Of a stretch of 64,000 nt of DNA, positions 45,998-55,656 are shown one piece after another. Position 1 is the first letter of the stretch. Every line of letters starts with the position of its first letter. Under the pieces are notes generated by a model. It was not told the origin of the DNA. It was given only the letters and a program-made list of their open reading frames with translations, and ran no database searches. The stretch is from the IMG/VR virus record IMGVR_UViG_3300005805_003857, positions 1-64,000 of that record, one strand, 5' to 3'. Position numbers and translations under genes: made by a program. The DNA is from a virus (taxonomy: Duplodnaviria; Caudoviricetes).

Positions 45998-46498
45998 ATG
46001 CGTATATTAACCCTAGACAACGAATTCTATAACTTAGAAACACTTCCCGAAGAGATTGATGATCTTAGATTCGCTATCTTAGATAACAGTAACCCAAGCA
46101 ATGTAGATTATCATTATATCCCCTTGATCTTTTTAGAATCATTTAACAGCCCTGCACTTGTATTGAAGATTGGCAACAGTACAATTAAGATGCCAATCGA
46201 TTGGCAAATACTTATTGGTGAACAAGAGCATGGTGACTTAGAAACATTGCCTCTTACTAGTATCAATGATAGAGGATTCAATGCATTTATTTTTAACCCG
46301 CTATCTTCATTTATGTTGGACTTTGCTCCAATTGAAATAGTAGACATTTACCATGATGTAACATGGTATGCACCTAGATTGAAGAACGGACAATTCTTAT
46401 GTGTCCCCATTGATGATGGTCCTTCTCCTAGATGTGCATATTTTGTAAAAGAAATTAGTCGCAATTGTGAAATTGTGGATGTTAGTCAGGCATTTTAA
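45998..46498 (+). CDS. Conserved hypothetical protein
   Basis: ORF, 166 aa. Confidence 0.75.
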   Translation: MRILTLDNEFYNLETLPEEIDDLRFAILDNSNPSNVDYHYIPLIFLESFNSPALVLKIGNSTIKMPIDWQILIGEQEHGDLETLPLTSINDRGFNAFIFNPLSSFMLDFAPIEIVDIYHDVTWYAPRLKNGQFLCVPIDDGPSPRCAYFVKEISRNCEIVDVSQAF

Positions 46499-46499
46499 T

Positions 46500-46730
46500 A
46501 TGAGTTGCAATCATCAAAGAGAAACCAGTCGTTGGGTAGAAGACGATGATTGGTACGAAAATTGTACTGCTACCGGGCATTGGGAATACGACTCCGTATC
46601 CACTACTGTAGACATCGACCTGCATCGTTATAAATGCACTCAATGCGGTGAAGTAATGTATTACTCAGGTCGTGCCAGACAATACTATGAAGAAGGTATC
46701 AAGAGCGACTGGATTACAGGATTAAATTAA
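46500..46730 (+). CDS. Small Cys-containing hypothetical protein
   Basis: C-x-H ... CTQC putative Zn ribbon. Confidence 0.6.
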   Translation: MSCNHQRETSRWVEDDDWYENCTATGHWEYDSVSTTVDIDLHRYKCTQCGEVMYYSGRARQYYEEGIKSDWITGLN

Positions 46731-47323
46731 TGGCAACGAAAAAGAATACTCCAACTGATGAAAAATTAGAGAAGCAAGACTTCCCGTTGTTTGATGCAAT
46801 TGCGGCGTTAGACAGAAAAGATTATACTTTCTATGACAAGTTGCCAGCAGAGCAACAAAAGAAATTCACATCATTCATGTTGGTTAGATACATGAGCTAT
46901 ATCAAAGGCTCAGGCGAGATTGCGGGTTACTATGCACGAAGTGTGGACTATCACGCTAACAAATATATCTTTAATGAATATGTGCAGAAACATCCTAAAC
47001 TACAATGGTTAATGTTATGTGCAAGTAGCCCGGGGTTGGGGAAACAATTTCATCCTTGGATCCCTCAGATTAAAGAGAAGGTTAGTTTGTTAAAAGAACC
47101 TGCTCAACTGAAAGATGTAAAAGAGTATTATAAGAAAATCTATCCTAAAGCAGGTGATGATGACATTGATGAAGTGTCAAAAGCATATGTAACAGAACAG
47201 AAAAAGAAATGTTATCTTGCTACTGTCTACCCAGAGATGAAGATAGCAGATATTGAAACACTAAGTCAAATGGTAACAGATGAAGAAATTGAGCAGTACG
47301 AAAGAGATAGAGGCAATCGGTAA
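46730..47323 (+). CDS. Possible clamp-loader small subunit (T4 gp62-like)
   Basis: FMLVRYMS...HPKLQWL...FHPWI pattern resembles the gp62 family; weak. Confidence 0.45.
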   Translation: MATKKNTPTDEKLEKQDFPLFDAIAALDRKDYTFYDKLPAEQQKKFTSFMLVRYMSYIKGSGEIAGYYARSVDYHANKYIFNEYVQKHPKLQWLMLCASSPGLGKQFHPWIPQIKEKVSLLKEPAQLKDVKEYYKKIYPKAGDDDIDEVSKAYVTEQKKKCYLATVYPEMKIADIETLSQMVTDEEIEQYERDRGNR

Positions 47324-47999
47324 GCCTAAATTTAAATGTGAGTTTTGCGCAGGTGAGTATTTGCGTGAATCTACACTGCTCACCCACATGTGCGAATCTA
47401 AACGCAGATGGATGAATAAGGACCTACAAGGTAATCGTATTGCATATCAAGCCTTTGTTCAGTTTTACAAAAAGAATAGTGCAAGTAAAAAGACAAAAAC
47501 TAATGAAGAATTCATTAAGAGTCCATACTATACAGCGTTCGTAAAGTTTGGCAATCACTGTGTAGAGATTAACGCATTGAATGTTAGCAGATATGCTGAC
47601 TGGTTAGTTAAAAGTCAAATCAGAATTGACACATGGTGTACTGACACAAACTACACGAACTATCTACTTGAATACATTCGTACAGAAGATCCGTTAGATG
47701 CTATTCATCGTAGCATTGAAACAACAATATCATTAGCAGAAATTGAAAAGATTCAAAGCAGAGATTATTTGCGATATGGCAATGTCAATAGAATCTGTTT
47801 AGAAATTACTAGAGGTAGAATCAGTCCCTGGATGTTGTTTCAAAGTGAGAGTGGTGTCAAGTTTGTAGAATCACTAGAGCAGGGACATGTCAAGATGGTG
47901 TTTGATTATATCGACCCTGAGAAGTGGGCATTAAAGTTTCATCGTGAACCAGAGAATGTAAAACAAGTCAAGGAATTACTAAATGCCGGCGGGTACTAA
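47280..47999 (+). CDS. Zinc-finger-containing hypothetical protein
   Basis: CEFC...THMC. Confidence 0.6.
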   Translation: MKKLSSTKEIEAIGKPKFKCEFCAGEYLRESTLLTHMCESKRRWMNKDLQGNRIAYQAFVQFYKKNSASKKTKTNEEFIKSPYYTAFVKFGNHCVEINALNVSRYADWLVKSQIRIDTWCTDTNYTNYLLEYIRTEDPLDAIHRSIETTISLAEIEKIQSRDYLRYGNVNRICLEITRGRISPWMLFQSESGVKFVESLEQGHVKMVFDYIDPEKWALKFHREPENVKQVKELLNAGGY

Positions 48000-48168
48000 G
48001 ATTTGTATTCCTTGGACAAGGAATGATTGGAACATAGCATGTGCCTGGGCTATGGAACAATACGGTTTGCCTGATGAAAGATTTACTACCCGCCCCGGTC
48101 ATGAAGGCATGTATTTCTATTTTAAGGATAAGCGTGACGCTGTTCATTTTGAATTAAGATGGGGTTAA
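47983..48168 (+). CDS. Small paralog-family protein
   Basis: Ends FKDKRDAVHFELRWG. Confidence 0.7.
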   Translation: MPAGTKICIPWTRNDWNIACAWAMEQYGLPDERFTTRPGHEGMYFYFKDKRDAVHFELRWG

Positions 48169-48169
48169 A

Positions 48170-48379
48170 GTGCAACAAGTAACATTGTATATTGATGTTG
48201 ACAACACACTAGATATAGTATCCGAGCTTAAACAAAAAGGATGGGTACAGGGCAAAGATTTTGATTTTGCATACCACCAAAGTAAATGGGACGAAATGAT
48301 TGGGGAAATTCCTAAACAAACAGTTTTCACTTTTTATAATGATAGTAATGCAAGTTATTTTATGTTGAGGTGGGGATGA
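48170..48379 (+). CDS. Small paralog-family protein
   Basis: Ends FYNDSNASYFMLRWG. Confidence 0.7.
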   Translation: MQQVTLYIDVDNTLDIVSELKQKGWVQGKDFDFAYHQSKWDEMIGEIPKQTVFTFYNDSNASYFMLRWG

Positions 48380-48588
48380 AGGATTTACCATACACTATAA
48401 TTACTAAGAAACTTGGATATGCCGCAGAAAAGTGGTGTAATAATAATCTAGGAGAACGCTATTTTGCTATAGACAGAAAGACAGGTAACTGGACGTGTTT
48501 TTATGCAAGTGACATAGATAGAAAAAGTTATCGCTGGCACTTTAGAAATGAAAAAGATGCTTTTTGGTTTTCACTGACATGGGCATGA
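48376..48588 (+). CDS. Small paralog-family protein
   Basis: KWC...FRNEKDAFWFSLTWA; ATGA-coupled. Confidence 0.7.
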   Translation: MKDLPYTIITKKLGYAAEKWCNNNLGERYFAIDRKTGNWTCFYASDIDRKSYRWHFRNEKDAFWFSLTWA

Positions 48589-48821
48589 GAGTTCAAAACT
48601 TTGACCAAAATCGTGGTTGGGAAGAAACTGATCCGGGTTGGTACGAACATCAGATACATGTTAGTATGAACATGACCGAAACATACGATGATATATTAGA
48701 ATGGCTGTATAATAGAATAGACAACTGTGAACGCCATGCTAGATGGCGAATCAGTAGAGGGCTTATACAACTTAAATTTAGGTATGAGCGTGATGTAATA
48801 CTATGTAAACTAAGTTTTTAA
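48585..48821 (+). CDS. Small paralog-family protein
   Basis: EWL...FRYERDVILCKLSF; ATGA-coupled. Confidence 0.7.
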   Translation: MRVQNFDQNRGWEETDPGWYEHQIHVSMNMTETYDDILEWLYNRIDNCERHARWRISRGLIQLKFRYERDVILCKLSF

Positions 48822-49069
48822 TGAACATCGAACATGAGATGATGGAAAAATTAGCAGATGATATGGCAAAAGAAATTGATTATGACATGCTTGTTACCTT
48901 GTTAAATTGGACAAGAGTTGAACTACCGCCATTCGATAGTCGTTATCAAGCCGTTGATATTGCTGATTGGTGTACTGATAACTGTACAGATAAGTTTATG
49001 AACTTTGGTGTTAAGTTTGCTTTTGAGAAAAGTAAAGACGCTGAGTGGTTTATATTGAGGTGGAAATGA
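48821..49069 (+). CDS. Small paralog-family protein
   Basis: DWC...FEKSKDAEWFILRWK. Confidence 0.7.
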   Translation: MNIEHEMMEKLADDMAKEIDYDMLVTLLNWTRVELPPFDSRYQAVDIADWCTDNCTDKFMNFGVKFAFEKSKDAEWFILRWK

Positions 49070-49494
49070 AAATGACTGACAATGAATTGATTGATTACAC
49101 TATCAAGTTTGACAATGACCCAGTGAGAGTTAGACTTGCTACATACATGGATCGTCACCCAGGCTCTATCCTAGATGACCTTGAACGAGCGGGTATGGAC
49201 CCAATATACTGCAACTTTAGAGATAAAGACACTTGCAATGATTATCTTCCTGGTCAGTACATCACTCACCTTGAAGGTGAAGTCAGTTACCTACAAGAAC
49301 AATTAGATCAGGCACTAGGTGAAATTGAAGAAATGAAAACAATGAAGGTCAGTGAGTTGATTAGTCAACTGCGACAAGAAGTTGTTACGGAAAAATATAT
49401 GAGAGAAGCGGCAGAACGAAGTCGATATAAAGCGCAAGAAGACCGTGAAGAAATGAAGAACAAACTTGACATGTGGGCAATATTGAACAGATAA
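49066..49494 (+). CDS. Hypothetical coiled-coil protein
   Basis: ATGA-coupled. Confidence 0.65.
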   Translation: MKMTDNELIDYTIKFDNDPVRVRLATYMDRHPGSILDDLERAGMDPIYCNFRDKDTCNDYLPGQYITHLEGEVSYLQEQLDQALGEIEEMKTMKVSELISQLRQEVVTEKYMREAAERSRYKAQEDREEMKNKLDMWAILNR

Positions 49495-49760
49495 TGGAAT
49501 ACTTTCATAGTGAAGGTGGCAACAATAAACCGTTTTTCATCTATAGATATAAAATTGATAGGGTATCTACTGAGATGTACCTATGGGCAGTAGAATATCC
49601 TAGCAAAGGACCCTTTAGTAGATTTCATGTTATATGGAATGCAGTAGAGAAAAATCCATATGACATTATTCAATTTGAATTGAAGGACGCTTACTTAGCA
49701 TTCAAGTATGCGTTCGCAGGAGAGATATTGCAAGACATTACTATACAAGAATATCAGTAA
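49494..49760 (+). CDS. Hypothetical protein
   Basis: TAATG-coupled. Confidence 0.6.
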   Translation: MEYFHSEGGNNKPFFIYRYKIDRVSTEMYLWAVEYPSKGPFSRFHVIWNAVEKNPYDIIQFELKDAYLAFKYAFAGEILQDITIQEYQ

Positions 49761-49765
49761 AAGAT

Positions 49766-49984
49766 ATGGATTATACTATTATCACAGACGGGGCGGATTG
49801 TTATCCATGGATAGAAACATTTGTTATATGGCCTAGAAAAAGTATCAGTGGTGCACCTCTATTCTTTACTAAAGCATACAAACGTAAAGTTTGGGTAATA
49901 TGGGGAACTGGCTTTCACATGGAGCCTGAAACGCAATATGCAACACTATTTGATTTGCTAACACATGGCAACGATACCCAATAA
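49766..49984 (+). CDS. Hypothetical protein
   Basis: ORF. Confidence 0.6.
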   Translation: MDYTIITDGADCYPWIETFVIWPRKSISGAPLFFTKAYKRKVWVIWGTGFHMEPETQYATLFDLLTHGNDTQ

Positions 49985-50240
49985 TATACAAGATTATGAT
50001 GACGATGATCCTAAAATAGATTTTCGTAAAAGACGATGGAACTATTGGGCGGCATTAAAACTTGTGCGTAGAGAATATCAGGAACAAAACAAATATACAG
50101 AGTTTGATGCGTATGATTTTGAAGATTACCTTGAAGGTAAGTACGGAGTAAAGATGAACATTGTCGGTGGTAACATAACAGATGGTTATCAGATAGTAGA
50201 CGAAAAGAAATACTTAATATTTTTATTGAAATTCCAATGA
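49965..50240 (+). CDS. Hypothetical protein
   Basis: Ends IVDEKKYLIFLLKFQ. Confidence 0.65.
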   Translation: MATIPNNIQDYDDDDPKIDFRKRRWNYWAALKLVRREYQEQNKYTEFDAYDFEDYLEGKYGVKMNIVGGNITDGYQIVDEKKYLIFLLKFQ

Positions 50241-50587
50241 CCAACTCACCTTTTGAATTATATGCAACTGATTTTGGCAATCATGTGGTACACTGGCCTA
50301 CATTCAAAAATATCAGAGATGTAGATACTAGAATAAAACTACTAGATATTTTATTCGGGGAAGTACAATGTTTTGAAGTAGGATTAGGTCTGTTGTTACA
50401 AGGCGGTGATCTTGATACATTGTGGATTAAATTTAGTGCTTGGGCACAAGATACTAATCATAGTTATAGTGAATATTTACAGGACATGTATGAGATTCGT
50501 GCTGTTGTGTTCCGAGACAAGACTGAAGCAATAAAGTTTCAAGACATACTAGAAAAGAAATACATATGGAAAATACTAAAGGCATAA
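50237..50587 (+). CDS. Hypothetical protein
   Basis: ATGA-coupled. Confidence 0.65.
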   Translation: MTNSPFELYATDFGNHVVHWPTFKNIRDVDTRIKLLDILFGEVQCFEVGLGLLLQGGDLDTLWIKFSAWAQDTNHSYSEYLQDMYEIRAVVFRDKTEAIKFQDILEKKYIWKILKA

Positions 50588-50588
50588 T

Positions 50589-51140
50589 ATGGATGTAATG
50601 ATTGATATCGAATCACTAGACACAACACCGGATTGTGTGATTCTTACTATTGGTGCAGTATTGTTTGACCCTAAGGGTAGTGGCATTATCGATAAAATTG
50701 AGATTCGTCCTACAATTGAAGATCAAACAGAGATTTATAATCGAAGTATTAATGATGCAACAATGGAATGGTGGGGCAAGCAATCACCTGAAGCAATTGA
50801 AGAAGCTATGGGTGACAGAGACCGTGTCTCTTTTGAAGAGGCAATGAATCAATTGTACAAGTTTTGTTGGAATCGTAGTAAAGGTGCGTGGAGTAACGGA
50901 GCAAGTTTTGACGTGGTAGTTATGGATCATGCTTGGAAACAACTTGGAAAAAACACACCTTGGAACTTCTGGGATATCAGAGACACCCGTACATTGTATG
51001 ATATCACTGGTGTCAACCTAAAAGACGGCGGGCATGTAACAAGCCATAAGGCAGTAGAAGATGCTGAACGCCAAGCAATCGTTGTACAACAAGGTTATGT
51101 GAAATTGATTAAAGCAGGATTGGTAACACCCGCAAGATGA
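50589..51140 (+). CDS. DEDDh 3'-5' exonuclease
   Basis: MIDIESL, WSNGASFD, RDTRT, HKAVEDA. Confidence 0.88.
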   Translation: MDVMIDIESLDTTPDCVILTIGAVLFDPKGSGIIDKIEIRPTIEDQTEIYNRSINDATMEWWGKQSPEAIEEAMGDRDRVSFEEAMNQLYKFCWNRSKGAWSNGASFDVVVMDHAWKQLGKNTPWNFWDIRDTRTLYDITGVNLKDGGHVTSHKAVEDAERQAIVVQQGYVKLIKAGLVTPAR

Positions 51141-51718
51141 GAATAGATTCAGATATTGACATTGACTTTGGTTCAAGGGATGAATTACTAAAGTTGATCC
51201 CTCATACACCTGCTTCAATGCGTAATGTCTCTCCTGTGCGTAGACACAATACAGGTGTTTATATAACAGACATTCCATATGATCCTGTCAATAACATGTC
51301 AGCACTTCATTATGAAGATGCAGAGAAGCGTGGATATTTCAAACTAGACTTATTGAATGTGCATGTATACTCTCAGGTTCGAGATGAACGGCACTTGATT
51401 GAGTTGATGCGTGAACCTGATTGGTCTAAGCTAAATGATAGAGAATTTGTTGAAAAACTGATTCACTTGGCAAATCATTATCAGAGTATTCAGAGGATGC
51501 CTGAACCTATTAATAGTATCCCTAGACTAGCAATGTTTTTAGCATTGATTCGTCCCGCCAAGAAGCATTTAATTGGCAAGAGTTGGAGTGAAGTGAGTCA
51601 AACTATATGGAATAAAGAAGATGATGGATATTCTTTTAAGAAAGCCCATGCAATTGGTTATTCGCAATTAGTTGCAGTGCATATGAATTTACTTACAACA
51701 TCCGTTTTACCAGCGTAA
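51137..51718 (+). CDS. Miniature DNA polymerase III alpha (DnaE)-like protein
   Basis: DSDIDIDF, HNTG, YFKLDLL, YSFKKAHA motifs in only 193 aa. Confidence 0.7.
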   Translation: MRIDSDIDIDFGSRDELLKLIPHTPASMRNVSPVRRHNTGVYITDIPYDPVNNMSALHYEDAEKRGYFKLDLLNVHVYSQVRDERHLIELMREPDWSKLNDREFVEKLIHLANHYQSIQRMPEPINSIPRLAMFLALIRPAKKHLIGKSWSEVSQTIWNKEDDGYSFKKAHAIGYSQLVAVHMNLLTTSVLPA

Positions 51719-52073
51719 TACTACGGCGTTTGGTCCTACGTTTATGTAGTTCACTTATACTACACGTAGGACCATGTATGACAGTCAAACTTTTATTGTT
51801 AAAAGTCCTTAAATAGGGCTTGAACATAATCCATTCTTCCTTTAAGAATAGATTGATGGGGACTAATCTATTACTTTCCCACCACCAAACATCCCCTAAT
51901 TCTAAGAATTTCTCCTTAACTATAGGGTCAATTATAGCACCATAGTCATAGATTGTGGTGACTATATCATCTCTATTCTGTACGATTCCAACATAATCTT
52001 GGTTGGCATATGAACATATAGTGATGAACGGGTGGTTTTCAGTTAGTTTCTGGAAGAATTCGTTTTGAATCAT
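51693..52073 (-). CDS. Hypothetical protein
   Basis: ORF; start moved to the ATG at 52073, downstream of a - strand TAAATA. Confidence 0.7.
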   Translation of the reverse strand: MIQNEFFQKLTENHPFITICSYANQDYVGIVQNRDDIVTTIYDYGAIIDPIVKEKFLELGDVWWWESNRLVPINLFLKEEWIMFKPYLRTFNNKSLTVIHGPTCSISELHKRRTKRRSITLVKRML

Positions 52074-52139
52074 TGTTATTGTATTGACCGAAATATTTAT
52101 CATCGGGTTGCCTGGCAATATATTTTGATAAATATGTTT

Positions 52140-52928
52140 ATGTACTCAACTCAAGTATTCGTTTATACGCAACGTCAAATCGTTATTCTTTTATCAGGAA
52201 ATTCCCCTAGGAGTTATATGCCTCAGTATGCCAAGCCACTTACTCTACACAAAGGTGTAGACAATCAAATTCAATTTCAGTTCCTTAATCAGGAACAGAA
52301 ACCTGTCAATATCACGGGAAAAGAAATCTCTTGCAGAATATTAAATGCTACCGGGGTTACAGTTCTTATTAGAAAAGCACTTACTATTCAATTAGGTGCA
52401 ACAGGCATAGCCGCATTAATGTTAAACCCAGGAGAGCTAGAAGAAATTGAAGCACAAAAATGTTATTACACATTAGAGATTCCAGTAGGCACATTTGATT
52501 ACCCTGTATTCGTAGACCAAAATGCAGGTGGTCGTGGCGATATGAACATTGTTAATAGCATATTACCTAGCTTTGTTCCTAGTAATGAACTAACTATTCC
52601 CACTGGTCAAGCATATCCTAACCCAGATTGGTATTCAAACGACGGAGAATATATGCCTGATTCTAATTCGGTCGTATATTATACTAGTGTTTATACCACA
52701 AGCAACAATCCTACATTAACACTGCAAGCCACATATACTGACTTCTATGGTAATGTATTGATTGAAGGTTCTACTATTGGTAACACAGATTGGTATCCAA
52801 TCAGTACAATATATAGTTATACTGAAATAACAGACACATTCCATTATAATGTAAATGGATATCACCCATTCATCCGTGTGGGCTTTGTAAGCAATGCGGG
52901 CGCAGTAACCAATATATTGGCAAGATAA
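52140..52928 (+). CDS. Putative late/structural protein
   Basis: TAAATA-N5-ATG; beta-rich composition. Confidence 0.55.
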   Translation: MYSTQVFVYTQRQIVILLSGNSPRSYMPQYAKPLTLHKGVDNQIQFQFLNQEQKPVNITGKEISCRILNATGVTVLIRKALTIQLGATGIAALMLNPGELEEIEAQKCYYTLEIPVGTFDYPVFVDQNAGGRGDMNIVNSILPSFVPSNELTIPTGQAYPNPDWYSNDGEYMPDSNSVVYYTSVYTTSNNPTLTLQATYTDFYGNVLIEGSTIGNTDWYPISTIYSYTEITDTFHYNVNGYHPFIRVGFVSNAGAVTNILAR

Positions 52929-52931
52929 GTA

Positions 52932-52960
52932 TTGACTGTGTGACACAATTGTGTTACACT
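52932..52960 (+). promoter_or_regulatory. Primase promoter with embedded 22-bp palindrome
   Basis: TTGACT-17-TACACT, ATG 6 nt downstream; GTGTGACACAA|TTGTGTTACAC. Confidence 0.75.
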
Positions 52961-52966
52961 AACTAA

Positions 52967-53947
52967 ATGTTCGATATTCTGTCTATAATTCCAGGCAAGA
53001 AAAAACTCACTCAAGGCGGCTGGCAAAGCTTTAATGCTGTGTGCTGTAATCATCGTGGGCACAAGACCGACACCCGTAGTCGAGGTGGTGTGAAATTTGA
53101 CGGACAAACTAATTGGTCATATCATTGTTTTAATTGCGGGTTCAAGTGTGGGTTTACATTAGGTAAGAGTTTATCAAAGAACACACGACAGTTACTGATA
53201 TGGTCTGGAGTTGATGATACGCAAATTAGTAAGTGGAGTTTAGAAAGTTTACAACAAAAAGATATATTAGACTTTACACAACCTAAGAAGAAAGTTAAGA
53301 TTAAGTTTGATGAACACAAATTGCCTGAAGATGCAGAACTACTTGATAAGAATAATCCACTACACAAAGTATATGTAGACTATTTACATGCTAGGGGTAT
53401 AAGTAGTAGTGAATATCCTTTCATGGTCACTCCTAACGAATCAAGTCGCATGGGAAATCGCATCATCATTCCTTATACATACAAAAACAAGATTGTCGGT
53501 CAAACAAGTAGATTCTTAGACAATAAGATTCCGAAATATATCAACGAACAACAACCTGGTTATGTATTTGGTTATGACTTTCAACAACCTAATCAAAGTG
53601 TTTGTATACTAGTCGAAGGCATCTTTGATGCACTGAGTCTAGGTGCTTGTGCGTTAACCCATAATACGATTAATGACGAGCAAGCAGAACTACTATCACA
53701 CCTTAACAGACAAATCATTTTCGTCCCCGACCGTGATAAAACAGGATTTGACTCCTGTGAGAGGGCAATTCAATTAGGCTATAATGTCAGTCTCCCATAT
53801 TGGGACAGTGACGTAAAAGATGTTAATGATGCCATTGTCAAATATGGTAGACTACCTACACTACTCAGTATATTACAGTCTGCTACAATGAGCAAAATTA
53901 AAATAGAAATACAAAGGAAGAAAATTGGTAAACAAAACGGATTCTAA
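52967..53947 (+). CDS. DNA primase (Zn-binding + TOPRIM)
   Basis: CCNH...YHCFNC; VEGIFDAL; PDRD; KDVND. Confidence 0.88.
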   Translation: MFDILSIIPGKKKLTQGGWQSFNAVCCNHRGHKTDTRSRGGVKFDGQTNWSYHCFNCGFKCGFTLGKSLSKNTRQLLIWSGVDDTQISKWSLESLQQKDILDFTQPKKKVKIKFDEHKLPEDAELLDKNNPLHKVYVDYLHARGISSSEYPFMVTPNESSRMGNRIIIPYTYKNKIVGQTSRFLDNKIPKYINEQQPGYVFGYDFQQPNQSVCILVEGIFDALSLGACALTHNTINDEQAELLSHLNRQIIFVPDRDKTGFDSCERAIQLGYNVSLPYWDSDVKDVNDAIVKYGRLPTLLSILQSATMSKIKIEIQRKKIGKQNGF

Positions 53948-55385
53948 AAAGCAGATTGATTATACACCAGATGTACAAAAGCTTTTTTTAAGAATGATGA
54001 TGACTAACGCTGAGTTATATACTCGGGTTATGAACATTATGAACAGTGAAAACTTTGACAAAAGCCTGCGTCCAGTAGCAGACATGTTCAAAGAACACAC
54101 TGACAGATATAAAGTTTTGCCTGATGTAACTCAGGTTAAAGCAATGACAGGAGTAGAGATTGAACCTATCCCTGACTTAAGTGAAGGGCACAATGAATGG
54201 TTCTTTGATGCATTTGAAGCATTTACTAAGCGACAAGAACTAGAACGGGCTATTCTCAAAGCCGCAGACTTACTTGAGAAGGGTGACTTTAGTCCTGTTG
54301 AAAAACTAATCAAAGATGCAGTGCAGATTAGTCTACAGCGAGACATGGGTACTGATTACTTCTTTGACCCTAAAGGTCGTATTAACAAATACTTCAATGC
54401 AGGCGGGCAAGTCTCGACAGGCTGGCCCCAGATGGATCGTATTTTATATGGTGGTATGAGTCGAGGTGAACTCAACATCTTTGCAGGTGGCTCGGGTTCA
54501 GGTAAGAGTCTTGTTATGATGAACATTGCATTGAACTGGTTACAAGCAGGGATGAGCGGAGTCTACATCACACTTGAATTGAGTGAAGAATTAACAAGTT
54601 TGCGTACTGATGCTATGTTAACACAGATGGGTACAAAGTCAATTCGTAAAGACATTGATACAACCGATCTTAAAGTTAAGATGGTAGGTAAGAAGTCTGG
54701 TAAGTATCGTGTTAAAGGATTGCCTGCACAAAGTAATGTGAATGATATTCGTGCTTACTTAAAAGAGGTACAAATACAAACAGGCATTAAGATTGACTTT
54801 GTGATGGTTGACTACTTAGACTTGGTTATGCCTGTCTCTGTTAAAGTTAATCCTAACGACCAGTTCATTAAAGACAAGTATGTTGCTGAAGAATTGCGTA
54901 ACTTAGCTAAAGAGATGGGTATCTTGTTAGTCACAGCTAGTCAGTTGAATCGTTCAGCCGTTGACGAAATTGAATTTGACCATAGTCACATTGCAGGTGG
55001 TATCAGTAAGATTAATACAGCAGATAACGTGTTTGGTATTTTTACAAGTCGTAGTATGCGTGAGCGTGGTAAGTATCAGATTCAATGTATGAAGTCACGT
55101 AGTTCAACTGGTGTGGGCATGAAGATTGACTTAGACTATGACATTGAAACAATGCGTATTAGTGATAGTGATCCTGATGGATATGCGGATCAACAAGCAA
55201 AGTATCGTCCAGCACCTAGCCCGACTGACATTATGAATCAAGTAAAAGCACAATCTACACTAGTTTCTACAGAACCTATCATTGACCAAGCTACGGGCGA
55301 AATAATAGAACCTCTGAATAAGAAGGTTGTAGTAGACGTTCAGGGTTCAAAACTCAAAAATTTACTCAACAGTTTGAAGAAATAA
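53925..55385 (+). CDS. Replicative DNA helicase (DnaB/T4 gp41-like)
   Basis: GGSGSGKS, ITLELS, MVDYLD, TASQLNR, MKSRS. Confidence 0.92.
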   Translation: MVNKTDSKKQIDYTPDVQKLFLRMMMTNAELYTRVMNIMNSENFDKSLRPVADMFKEHTDRYKVLPDVTQVKAMTGVEIEPIPDLSEGHNEWFFDAFEAFTKRQELERAILKAADLLEKGDFSPVEKLIKDAVQISLQRDMGTDYFFDPKGRINKYFNAGGQVSTGWPQMDRILYGGMSRGELNIFAGGSGSGKSLVMMNIALNWLQAGMSGVYITLELSEELTSLRTDAMLTQMGTKSIRKDIDTTDLKVKMVGKKSGKYRVKGLPAQSNVNDIRAYLKEVQIQTGIKIDFVMVDYLDLVMPVSVKVNPNDQFIKDKYVAEELRNLAKEMGILLVTASQLNRSAVDEIEFDHSHIAGGISKINTADNVFGIFTSRSMRERGKYQIQCMKSRSSTGVGMKIDLDYDIETMRISDSDPDGYADQQAKYRPAPSPTDIMNQVKAQSTLVSTEPIIDQATGEIIEPLNKKVVVDVQGSKLKNLLNSLKK

Positions 55386-55401
55386 GACTAAATACTATAT
55401 C

Positions 55402-55656
55402 ATGCAAAAACAAACTCGCAGCCTTTTGGAAGAATTAGAGTCGATTGGCAATAACCGTGATACAAGTCACATTATTGAGAGCCGTGGCCATAACATCATT
55501 ACTAGCGCAATCAATTTGCTAGAAATGATTAATAAACACTATACACCAGAACAGGCCGAGATATTAGAGCGCAAGCTACTAAGTGCTATCAAAAGCAAGG
55601 ATCAGAGTAGGTTTGCTAAGTCACTAAAAAAGAACAGTAAAAATGAGCCTATCTGA
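55402..55656 (+). CDS. Hypothetical late protein
   Basis: TAAATA-N7-ATG. Confidence 0.7.
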   Translation: MQKQTRSLLEELESIGNNRDTSHIIESRGHNIITSAINLLEMINKHYTPEQAEILERKLLSAIKSKDQSRFAKSLKKNSKNEPI

